DNA from: Octopus sinensis
Lineage: Eukaryota
NCBI RefSeq assembly: GCF_006345805.1
Contig: NC_043007.1
Location: 32,240,001-32,304,000, forward strand
DNA length: 64,000 nt
Direction: 5' to 3'
The notes below the pieces were generated by a model. The model was not told where the DNA came from and did no database searches. It worked only from the letters and a program-made list of their open reading frames with translations. The position numbers and the translations under genes are program-made. Positions 52,840-64,000 of this stretch are shown in pieces (the first letter of the stretch is position 1; each line of letters opens with the position of its first letter).

Positions 52840-54730
52840 AATTGAAATTTTAGGGAAAACCACAATATTAAAAACTATTGTTTATCTCATTTATTAACCA
52901 TAGTTGTGCAATCTAAGCTGTACCTGAATATCCCTTACAACACACCATTTCAGAATCCCTGGTTTAACCAATGTTGTTCATGGTTCTACTGAAATAAAAT
53001 GGTCACTACAGGATACTGGTGGGGGCCAACATGTCAAAGACTAGAACCACTGTTTCCTCTGTGTGTCAGAAAAGGTGACTAAAAGAGGTTGAGACAGGAT
53101 CTGCATCCTGACCTCATAAAACCCTCACCAGCAACAACTATCCAAAATGATCCTTCGGTTTGGGGGTTGACACCTGAGTGGTGAAAAGGGGTCATCTACC
53201 AGGAGTAGGAAATCACCGACAAATGATGGATGCAGTGTTGCACCATTTAAAGTGCATGCCCTCATACCACTCCATGGTAATACCAGAAAATTGTAATTGA
53301 ATTTTCACCTGATTTAATCCAAATGATCCTTTCCCACAGGTATGTTAGAAAAATAAGTTACCAAATGGAAAAGGAAAATGAAGAAGAATATTCATTATAG
53401 AAACCAATGTTTAACTCTTTTTGATCCCAACCAGTTTGAAATGGTTCTTAATTCTATGCGATAAAATTGCTTGTTTTAAAGTCTTTGTAATTATATCAAG
53501 ATCTGCCATCATAATATTTTGTAAGAATCTTTTTAAACTTATGTTCCAGTTGTGGGTATAATTATGAAAAGGTTATTTTATTCACCGCCCTCAAATTTTT
53601 GGCCATAATCAAAATTATTTGAATCACATAATGACTTCAATTGTGTCGGTGGCGTGTAAAAAGCACCCAGTACACACCGTAGATTGGTTGGCATTAGGAA
53701 GGGCATCTAGCTGTAGAATCCTTGCCAAAGCTGATATTGGGGATCACTGTAGCCCTGCAGCTCATCAGATTCTGTCAAACCATGCAACACATGTCAGTAT
53801 GGAAAACAGACAGTAAATGATAATAATGATTTATAAATTCACAGAGGTGGTGGATTCATTTAGAAATATGGAAACAAAAGGGTTAAGAGATGATGGCTGT
53901 TGATTCCATTTCACACTTTGTTTGCTCGTAAGTCGAATCGTCTTTATTAATTACTGACAGTCTTGAGTTTTTAAATTGAAGTATTTAGATAAATAAGTGT
54001 ACTTTCTAAGAATGCACTCAAAACTCCACTGGATAGTTTTATCAAAGGGGGCGATAAGCTTTCCTTGGTATCTAATCAACTTATGTGTAATTAGATTTTT
54101 CACTTCACACACTTTTACTGTGGCAGATTTTCGTTTAAAATTATCTTTACGTTAATCTCCTAACATGTAAATTAATCATAGTATTACCCTAGTTTAATGT
54201 TTGCCGTTACCATAGCAACACAATTTTGCTGGTTGGATTGTAATATCTTAAAATGCTACTGGCACTGCTTTATGTCCTTAGGCAAAGTACTTTACTGCCA
54301 GGGGAAGGGGAAATAGATAATGATTTCTGCTAAGTATAAACATCCTTCACAAAAAGACTGAAAACCTAATGATACTGTGAAGAGTAAGTGCTCCGTACAT
54401 TGAAAGACGATGTGCTTGACGTCATAACGAGGTAGACTTAGACATTGTGTTATGAAAATAACTGCCCTTGCATTTCAGGCACTGTAAATTGTGATTATAA
54501 ATAGTAGAGAAAATAGCTCCAAATAATTAATTACACTCAGAAAAATGAAGAAGCCTTTTCATTATTGCTTTACCTGCTAGAAACAGTAGCCCATTTTCCC
54601 TCAAATCAAATTCTTCTATCTTAAAAAAAAAATACAAGTTTGTTACAGATGGAATGCTTTGACTCTCTGCCTGCCCAGTCAGGGTCTATCTGTCAGACCT
54701 GGGGCTAAATAACAACAACAAACCCAACTT

Positions 54731-54965
54731 TATTTACATTCGATGGATATTTGTCCTTATCTTGTTTGTTGTTAATGTAACGTTTCGGCTGATATACTCT
54801 CCAGCCTTCATCAGGTGTCTTGGGGAAATTTCGAACCTGGGTTCTCATTCCTAAAGTATTTTTCGATGCTATTATCATTTTATTATTATTCAGCTCACTG
54901 CCTGGAATTGAACTTGGAAGTTTGGGGTTAGTAGCCCGCACTCTTAACCACTACGCTATATGCCC
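54731..54965 (-). mobile_element. tRNA-Ser-like head + (AAT)n + Penelope-type terminal segment with hammerhead ribozyme core
   Basis: A box 54948-54958, B box 54904-54914, anticodon-like loop CTACTAA; CTGATGA-AGGCTG-N10-CAGCC-GAAACGTT at 54814-54779. Confidence 0.7.
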
Positions 54966-54968
54966 TTA

Positions 54969-55077
54969 AGAATGAGAACCCCAGGACACCTGAAGAAGGC
55001 TGGAGAGTATATCAGCCGAAATGTTGTATTAACAACAAACAAGATGGGGACAAATATCCGTCAAATGTAAATAAAGT
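54969..55077 (+). mobile_element. Inverted partial copy of the HHR-bearing segment; interrupted by a SINE, resumes near 55460
   Basis: acac CTGAAGA a GGCTG gagagtatat CAGCC GAAA tgtt gtat; reverse-complement match to 54731-54860. Confidence 0.75.
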
Positions 55078-55459
55078 AGGTGCAGGAGTGGCTGTGTGGT
55101 AAGTAGCTTGCTTCCCAACCACATGGTTCCGGGTTCAGTCCCACTGCATGGCACTTTGGGTAAGTGTCTTCTACTGTAGCCTCGGGCTAACCAAAGCCTT
55201 GTGAGTGGATTTGATAGATGGAAACTGAAAGAAGCCCATCATATATATGTATATATATATGTGTTTGTCCCCCCAACATCGCTTGACAACTGATGCTGGT
55301 TTGTTTACATCCCTGTAACTTAGCAGTTCAGCAAAAGAGACCGATGGAATAAGTACTAGGCTTACAAAGAATAAGTCCTGGGGTCGATTTGCTCGACTTA
55401 AGGCGGTGCTCCAGCATGGCCGCAGTCAAATGACTGAAACAAGTAAAAGAGTAAAGAGT
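55078..55459 (+). mobile_element. SINE family A inserted into the HHR-bearing segment
   Basis: full A copy flanked by AATGTAAATAA on both sides. Confidence 0.85.
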
Positions 55460-56810
55460 AATGTAAATAATTCCTCGCCTCTCAAATATAGAACTGTAAA
55501 ACCCAACTTTAGTTCAAATTCTTGAAGAATTGACATATGTACCCTCAAAGACTTTTGGAAACAATTGGCTCAATACCAGTCTGAACAGAGCCTCACCAAC
55601 AATATGTACCAAAATATAGTTTCAGAACCAAATATTTTCGCTCTGCATGTTTATGGCTGGGGAAGGAACTCCATCAGTTACAACGGCGAGTGTTCTTGTT
55701 GATTCGATCAACAGAAAGAGCTTGCTTGCAGAATTAACAATGCCATGGCTGAGCGCACAACAGACATGCATAACCTTAATTCAGTTCCCAAGAATATTCA
55801 ACATGACACAGAATGTGACATGGCCAACCCTTTTGAAATACAGGCACCAGCTCATTTTTGCCAGCTGAGCGGCTGTGTAATATAAATGCGCCATTCTATA
55901 TGTCATCTGTGTATCAAATGTAGATGTTAATTTGCTAAACATATGCTAAACTAATGAAAACAGTGCTTCTTAGTAAGCCGTAACCCCTCCTCCCATTACA
56001 TATCTCTTTACTGTTTACACGTTTAGTCTCTCTTATCTTTGTGAGAAGCATGTCAAATGTAGATTGTTTTTCTTAGTTCTTTTTTTCTCTAATTTTCAAT
56101 TGATCTCTGGCTTTTCGTCCACCGACTGCACTTCTCAAATAAGTGGTCTTTATTTTCTTTTCTCTTTAATAATCTGGTTAAGTACAGGAAGTACCTCTTT
56201 TGTACTCTTTGCCCAGATAGCTACGACTGCTGCCTGTGAATTTGACTTTATAGTAAACTCGGTTTCGGCTTGTGTAACAAATTACATTCTGAATGTCACC
56301 CACCTACATCCTATGCCAGTGGTGTTATTCTTCATTTCAGTCTGTTAGCTTATCAACCATAAATAGAACTTATTGCAACAGTTCTCATTTACTGTAATAA
56401 ATATCATGGTGGTCTAATGATACAGAACTTTGGCTGGAAGTTTAAGACCGATATAGCTACCTTGATGCTGTTAGTGAGCGAGACCTTAATTATTATTTAA
56501 TTAAGGATGTGTTTTACTATCCATAGTATCTCAAGCAGATCACCAAACCATAGAGACCCCAACACAAACAAAGCATCCAGAGGAGATCTGCTTGGTCATT
56601 AAACAGGTTAACTTTTTAAAGTTACCTTTACAGATTATAGGAGTGGCTGTGTGGTAAGTAGCTTGCTTATCAACCACATGGTTCCGGGTTCAGTCCCACT
56701 GCGTGGCAACTTGGGCAAGTGTCTTCTGCTATAGCCTTGGGCCGACCAAAGCCTTGTGAGTGGATTTGGTAGACGGAAACTGAAAGAAGCCCATCGTATA
56801 TATGTATATG

Positions 56811-56841
<31 letters not shown>

Positions 56842-57053
56842 ATATGTTTGTGTGTCTGTGCTTGTCCCTCCCAACATGGTTTGACAACCAATCTAGTGTG
56901 TTTACGTCGCTGTAACTTAGCAGTTCAGCAAAAGAGACCGACAGAATAAGTACTAGGGTTACAAAGAATAAGTGCTGGGGTTGATTTGCTCGACTAAAAA
57001 AGGCGGTGCTCCAGTATGGCCACAGTCAAATGACTGAAACAAGTAAAAGAGTA

Positions 57054-57084
<31 letters not shown>

Positions 57085-57534
57085 TATGACGGGCTTCTTT
57101 CAGTTTCCGTCTACCAAATCCACTCACAAGGCTTTGGTCAGCTCGAGGCTACAGTAGAAGACACTTCGCCAAGGTGCCATGCAGTGGGACTGAACCTGGA
57201 ACCATGTGGTTGGTAAGCAAGCTACTTGCCACACAGCCACTCCTTGCTCGAAATGCGGAGTAGATAAAACAGTTGACAACTGATGAAGGGTCGTTCTTTA
57301 TGTTACTTGTCTTGTTTTGCCATTTGTTTCTTTTGTTGTTCGCAAAAAAAGTTTGTATTCCATATTTTCGTATTTTATGTTGTTTTTATTCTATGACGTC
57401 CTGTACCCATATATGCATATCTATATACATATAAATATAAGTATGTACATATGTGTATGTATATATATATTATTTATATTATATGATTGAACACTATGCA
57501 TTCATTTCCAAGTAAGTTATATATATATATATAT

Positions 57535-58010
57535 ATATCATCATCATCAGTTGATATCTGTTTTCCATACTGGCATGGGTTGGACAGTTTGAAAGGAGCT
57601 GACCAGGTGAAGGGCTGTTCAGACTCCCTATCTGTTTTGGTATGGTTTTCATGGCTGAATGCCCTTCCTAACACCAGCACTGGCATGGGTGCTTTTTATG
57701 TGGCACCGGCACTTACGAGCCCACAAGATTAGGGATGCTCAGCTGGAGAGGGTTTCAGGGGATGAGCCTGTATGCAAGGGCAACCACTTTGTTACTTAGC
57801 TTGACATGTCTTTCCAAGCACAGCAAACCGCCAGGAGACCCAGTCATCCCCTCTGTGAGTCCCGACATTTGTAGATATTTTCTCACCACTTTGTTGTACG
57901 TCTTTCTGGGTCTACTCCTTCCACATGTTCCCTTCACAATTAGAAATTGGCCCCTCTTAATACAACTGTCCTCATTCATACACATTGCATGTGTGCATAC
58001 ATTGTTTCCT
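57535..58010 (-). mobile_element. RTE LINE 3' end
   Basis: EDSCIKRGQFLIVKGTCGRSRPRKTYNKVVRKYLQMSGLTEGMT followed by the 3'UTR family and GAT tail. Confidence 0.8.
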
Positions 58011-58910
58011 GAGTTTGCAGTGCTGAGTTCCCCAGGCCCCGATGGATCTGGTGAAACTACCAAGAACTCACTTGAACCCTTTACCATTCAGATCACTTTG
58101 TCAAAAACTAATGCATATTCATTCACCATTGTTTTGAATTCCTCATACTTTTGGGATTTCAAAGATGTCGTTCATTATTTTTAGAATGTCATTGTCGGGT
58201 AGGTGTAAGATGCCAGATCTGACCATTTTGAACATAAAACCAGTAGAATATTTGGGCCAGATATGGCCAATTTGAATGCTAAAGGGTTAGTCTATACCTC
58301 CCTAAAATTTCTTTAGTGTCTTCATCTACATCAGTGGTACATCAACCGGTGTCCATGACCCTTCAAGGGTCCATACACAATTTTGTTGTTAAATTTTATG
58401 TACAATAAATTAGTTATACTTCTACAGTAGACCAAATATTTTTTTAATACAATTTCTAATAATATTTCATTTGTAATTAAAATATGTAGGATATTTTAAG
58501 CATCAAATAGCTATGGGGGTCCATCCTAATAAAACAGGAATCTAAAGGGCCCATAGGCACAGAAACACTCTCTACATGGTCGCCAGAATTAGTATACAAC
58601 CCAGTGTGGTGCCCTGCAAAGGTGCCTGCATGGTGCCACATAAAAGCACTCAGCACACTCTGTAAAGTGGTTGGCATTAGGAAGGGCACCCAGCTGTAAG
58701 AAACCATGTGAAATCAGACTGGGGTCTGGTGCAGCTCCCTGGCTTGCCAGCTCTGGTCAAACTGTCCATCTCATGCCAGCATGGACAACTGATGTTAAAT
58801 GATGATGATGATGATTTCGTATCTTCCTAAAGCTTCAAAATCTTTGTAAAATATCAAGATGGTGGTTATGTTAATTTTGAATTCTCTTTTCTTTTTGTCT
58901 TTATTTGCAG

Positions 58911-59007
58911 TAATCTCATTTTTCAATCATGTCAATCTGTTATATGGAGCAATATCAGAATATTGCACCCTGGAAGGTTGTCCTCTCATGAATGGGCCTG
59001 GAAACGT
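58911..59007 (+). CDS. MOB2: MOB2 internal exon (phase 1 to phase 2); later exons beyond window
   Basis: ttgcag|...|gtaagt, 97 nt; (V)ISFFNHVNLLYGAISEYCTLEGCPLMNGPGN, in frame with 36555-36721; matches MOB core FxHINLxYGTISEFC. Confidence 0.92.
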
Positions 59008-59434
59008 GTAAGTTAAATACCGTTTTTTTCTTTTCTTTTTCTTGCTTAAAATGTGGATGTGTTTTGACTGAAATTTAAAAAAAAGAATAAGTGTCAACAG
59101 AAAAGAAAAAAAAGAGCAGAGTGGGGAACAACAGTGTTATGAAACTGTAGATAGATGGGAAATAGTGAGGTGGAGAGTGAGAGAAGGATGCACAGTGACA
59201 GAGATGGAAGTCAGAGATACGTAAGGGTGGGAATAGTGAGTGACAAAGACAAGGGGCTGTCAATGGTTGATATAAGAAGGTGCACAGGGAAAATGGGTGT
59301 TCAATGGGAACTAAAGTGGTAAAGGATAATATTGAGAATGGAGTATGGGTGACAAGGGAAGTGGTTTGAAGGAGTGTGGGTGACAAGGAAAGTGGTTTGT
59401 GGAAGCACAAAAGTTTGGGATGGAATATATAGAG

Positions 59435-59524
59435 AATACCAAACGAGTTCCCTATGGATACCGTATTTATTACAAGCCATGAGTTGTAATAAATACGGTA
59501 TCCATAGGGAACTCGTTTGGTATT
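59435..59524. repeat. Perfect 41-bp inverted repeat, 8-nt loop
   Basis: AATACCAAACGAGTTCCCTATGGATACCGTATTTATTACAA-gccatgag-reverse complement. Confidence 0.97.
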
Positions 59525-61028
59525 TTATTTATTACACACGAATAAACGACCATATTTTATTAACCCAATAACTAAATTCTTCACGTTTAGTTGTAACTTA
59601 TGAATGACAAAAGTAGTGCCATCACCATGACCTCAGGTCATCAACATGGATTGACCAATCAGAAGCAGCGCTGTCACTGTGACCTCGGGTCATCACCATG
59701 GATTGACCAATCAGAAGCAGCGCTCGCAGTATCTGACATATGTTAGATACCAAAAATATCTCACTCACATGTGTGTAATAAGTGCAGTTCTCTGCTCATA
59801 TAATTGCAGTAGCGGAGTGATTGAGGAATGAGTATTAGGGAGAGAAATTGTGGGGAAGGCTTGAGAGGGGCAGAATGAGTGCAGGGGCCTAAAAAGGATA
59901 TGCTTTTAGGACCTCTTGTTTACTGAGATGAATGGGTCTTCTTGAGCACAACGAATCACCATGTGCATGCACATATACAAATGTATGTGTTTATTCTTTT
60001 ATTTGTTTGTCATTTGACTGTGGCCATGCTGGAGCACTGCCTTTAGTCTAACAAATTTTAGTAAAAATAGATAAGTAAATGAGTGGAAATTGGGTCGGTG
60101 AGTGTGTTAAATTAATAAGGTACCAAAATAGAATGACTCTCCCCTGACACAATAATATTAATAATTATCCTTTCTACTAAAAGCATTTCAGCAACCATGG
60201 AGACATCCTCCATTGAGTCGTTATGCTTTGATTGCGCTTTTGTTGGCAGCAGGGTGGGGCAATTTTTATTTTTATGGTCTTAGCTTTGTATCTTATCAAA
60301 ATTTTCTTTGTTTCCATTTGCATCTCTGAACCCTTTCAGTTTAAATGTTTGTGTTGTATGAATGTATTTCTGGACAGCCCACCCCCACCTCCCACCCCTC
60401 CAACCTTTAAATTATATCATGTCCCCAAAACTTCACTTTCCCTTGGGTGTTGGCTGTGTCCCAGCAAGTAATTGCACAAAACATGCAGATTAAAAGAAAA
60501 ACAACTACAACAATAATAATCCTTTTTTGTATAGTCACAAGGCCTGAAATTTGTGGGGGAGGGCACTAATTGATTACATCGACCCCTGTTTTTCACCAGT
60601 ACTTAATTTATTGACTCTGAAAGGATGAAAGGCAAAGTCGACTTTGGTAGAATTTGAACTTAGAATGTAATGACAGACAAAATGCCGCTAAGCATTTTGC
60701 TCAGCATGCTAACGATTCTGCCAGATTGCCACTTTAATAATAATAATAATGATGATAATAATATCAGGAGGGTTCTGAGCACTTGAAAGACTCTTTTACT
60801 TGTTTCAGTCATTTGACTGCGGCCATTCTAGAGCACCACCTTTAGTCAAGCAAATTGACCCCAGGATTTATTCTCTGAAAGCGGACGTTAAACGATGATG
60901 ATGATGATAAGCCTAGTACTTATTCTATCAGTCTCTTTTTGCCGAATCGCTAAGTTACAGGGACGTAAACACACCAGCATTGGTTGTCAAGCAATGTTGG
61001 GGGAACAAACACAGACACACAAACATAT

Positions 61029-61063
<35 letters not shown>

Positions 61064-64000
61064 CACACGACGGGCTTCTTTCAGTTTCCGTCTACCAAAA
61101 TCCACTCACAAGGCTTTGGTCGGCCCGAGGGGCTATAGCAGAAGACACTTGCCCAAGGTGCCACGCAGTGGGAATGAACCCGGAACCATGTGGTTGGTAA
61201 GCAAGCTACTTACCACAGCCACTCCTGCTGAAAACTTGTGGCTACCTAAGGTTACGGGTAGTAACCCACTACCCACCTAAATTCTACCAGGAATAAGACC
61301 GCACCTGAGCCAAACTAAAATAAACATCCGTGAGTATCTGTGTCAATAAACTTTTCAAGGCTCCATTGTTGTAACTGAATAGAGTTCTATTTACATGGCA
61401 GTTTTTGTTCCCAGCTACGACAATGCTCTTTCTATTATTGTCAAGTTTAAATCCTGCATTAGGTCATGTAATGTTCCAGTTCTTATTTGAAGGTTGATAC
61501 AATAAGTTCAATGTCAGTCTAGCTGTTGTTGTTGTTTGGGTCTTAGCCAAGCCCAACTGAGCAAACCTGTGAGCAAATACATTCCAGCCATGAACATCCT
61601 ATCTGTTTGTATATTCTGGGCTGCTTTTTTTCTCATATGTCCTTACGAGAAGATGGTAGGTGTAATTTGAAAGATGTAATTTTGTAATATGGTAAGTGTA
61701 ATCTGAATGAGATTGGGTACTATTTCTAGCATTTGAGCAACCACAGAGGCATCCTTCTTTGAGTCATTACGATTTGATTATGCTTTTGTTGGCGCCAGGG
61801 TGGGGCTGTTTCTTTTATGGTCTTAGTTTTGTATCGGATCAAATTTTCTTTATTTCCATTTGCATCTCTGAAGACTCGGTTTTTCAAATATAATTTTTTC
61901 CACGTGTTCCGGAGGGTATTTCCAGTAATAACATTTGCTAATTTCCCTTAGAGTTTCATTTAAGTTCACGTGAAAGCTTTGTAAGTTATAAGCAGTTTGT
62001 CTTTAATGCCAGGAGATCTAAGAACTCACTGCCACTGAGAGGGTACCAACTAATATCAACTGAGGATAGATTTTGATAAAATAAGCCATTATTTTATATC
62101 CATTATGATTCTGAAAATTGTGTGAACGATATTGTTGTGGAGTGGAGAAAAATTCAGAAGAAAACAACCTGGGTGAAAAGGAGAGAGCTTCATTGAAGTA
62201 TGGAATAAAGATGTGTTTAAACCAGCCATGTCTGGTCCAAAAATTCTTTTCTACTCTAGGCACAAAACTCGAAATTTTTGGAGAGGGAGTGGCCAGTCAA
62301 TTAGATCGACTCCAGTACGCAACTGGTACTTAATTTATTGACCCTGAAAAGATGAAATGCAAAATTGACCTCGGCAGAATTTGAACTCAGAATGTAAAGA
62401 CAGACGAAATACCTATTTCTTTACAACCCACAAGGGGCTAAACACTGAGGGGACAAACAAGGACTGACATACGGATTAAGTCAATTACATCGACCCCCAG
62501 TATGTAACTGCTACTTATTTAATTGACCCCGAAAGGATGAAAGGAAAGGCAAAGTTGACCTTGGCGGAATTTGAACTCAGAACGTAGCTGCAGACAAAAT
62601 ACTGCAAAGCATTTCACCCAGCGTGCTAACGTTTCTGCCATCTTGCAAACTTCTTACCACAGCCATGTCTGTGCCTGATTCACTGATTAATACATGATTA
62701 ATTGAAAACAGTGTGAATAAATAAGCATAATATTTAACAGTAATCTGATTGCTAAAGGGTTAATTTTATAGCAGCCATGTCTTCAATGAAAAGCCAGTGC
62801 TGTATTAAAAAAAATGTCCATCACAAACATTGCAACATTAAATCCTTCCATGACTCACATCAGACATTTTGTCTAATCAGTAGACTAGACAACATCCTAC
62901 TTGACCCCCTCAGCTTTCCTTCTTATCTGTGTCTTGTTGGTTGTAAGTAGAATGGCTCTTTCCAGGAAATAGTGACTTCTCAACTAATTAGCGCTAGGGT
63001 CAAATCTTTTACAGGTATCTTCTCATTGTGTCATTGAGCAACACTTGTAACAAATACTGCTTGCCTCAAATTTTCAATACAAATGTTGATTTGTTGGGAA
63101 TATTACCTATGATTGACTGGAGTTCTCTTTTTGTTTGATGGACTCCATGAAACACAATGACAAACACAAATCTTGTTAGCTCCTGCATCCTTCTTTTTAT
63201 ATATATTTCCTGGGTTTGCGGGAAGGGAACTCAGAAAATCTTTGAAATAATAATGTAATAAACTGAGTTATTTCCATGTTCACAATGGTTTACCTCATAG
63301 TTTCCACGGCTTTCCAGAGAGTATTGCTTGGACTTACCATTTTTGGCAGCGTATAAGACACACTTTTCTTATAGAACAATGAAAGGAATGTTAAACTTTC
63401 ATCAACTATTTATGAGTGGATGACAACAAAATCATAGTGAGGGCGCACCACACTTGTGACCAATCACAATTGCATTAAACATCATAGTCAGAAATACAAG
63501 ATTTACATCCCGAATGCCAATTCTCTTCACCAAAATATAAACAACTATAGAGTTGATTTGAAAGAAGGCAAAATTAAAATCTGCTGCTCATATAACAAAG
63601 TTTATTTTTGATAAATCTATTGTTTCATATTTTATTCCAGTCTACCGTTACAGCACTGCATTTATATGCACAGAATCGTACATTTTCCCCCAACACCACC
63701 ACTAAAATATTTTTCAATAAGTGTGTCATAAAACATACTAAACTTCTGTTTATTCCATAAATATACTTCTAAAACATGGGTGTATCTTATGCAAGAGTAC
63801 ATTTTATACATTGGCAAATATGGTACTCTATAAGTCCGATCTGTCTATAATGAAAGTGTATTTCTAATTTGGTTTTTGTTTATTTTAGAGAAGATAAATT
63901 TTCTCTTTCAACACATTTATAAACACAGTGTAGTGTTATTTGAATTCATGGCAAGTTTACCTTAAAATATTCAGCTTATCTGATATCAGTATCTCTCAGT

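Noticed and set aside
54417-54424. Isolated CRE palindrome TGACGTCA
   Set aside because: About one is expected by chance in 64 kb; no supporting context
55647-55868. 73-aa and 94-aa intronic ORFs (also 56064-56348)
   Set aside because: No homology, no phase-compatible splice sites; lengths expected by chance
57280-57320. CTGATGA as another hammerhead
   Set aside because: No stem II or downstream GAAA
61260-61500. Possible decayed LINE coding fragment on minus strand
   Set aside because: Motifs too weak to assign

Overview
Eukaryotic, AT-rich, repeat-dense genomic DNA; the repeat families suggest an octopus or other coleoid cephalopod (inference, not verified). It has two + strand genes. 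(1) The 3' part of CMTR1 (cap1 2'-O-methyltransferase): 18 exons at 154-16960 that splice in frame to 656 aa plus stop, with an intact K-D-K-E tetrad, GTase-like domain and WW domain. (2) MOB2: two clear internal exons at 36555-36721 and 58911-59007; the 5' exons are uncertain and the gene runs off the right end. The 22-kb phase-1 MOB2 intron holds a 10.8-kb array of about 99 near-identical 109-bp units. Each unit parses as acceptor, 60-nt exon open only in the host intron phase, donor, and 49-nt spacer. Also notable is a tRNA-Ser-headed element with a Penelope-type hammerhead ribozyme core, found as inverted pairs at two loci. The rest is tRNA-derived SINEs, RTE and CR1 LINE ends, a decayed Ty3/Gypsy element, Penelope-like RT remnants, a deleted mariner, piggyBac/Tc1/pogo-type MITEs, a Helitron-type element, several fold-back palindromes, microsatellites and a 100-N gap. 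All homology calls come from remembered motifs; no searches were run.
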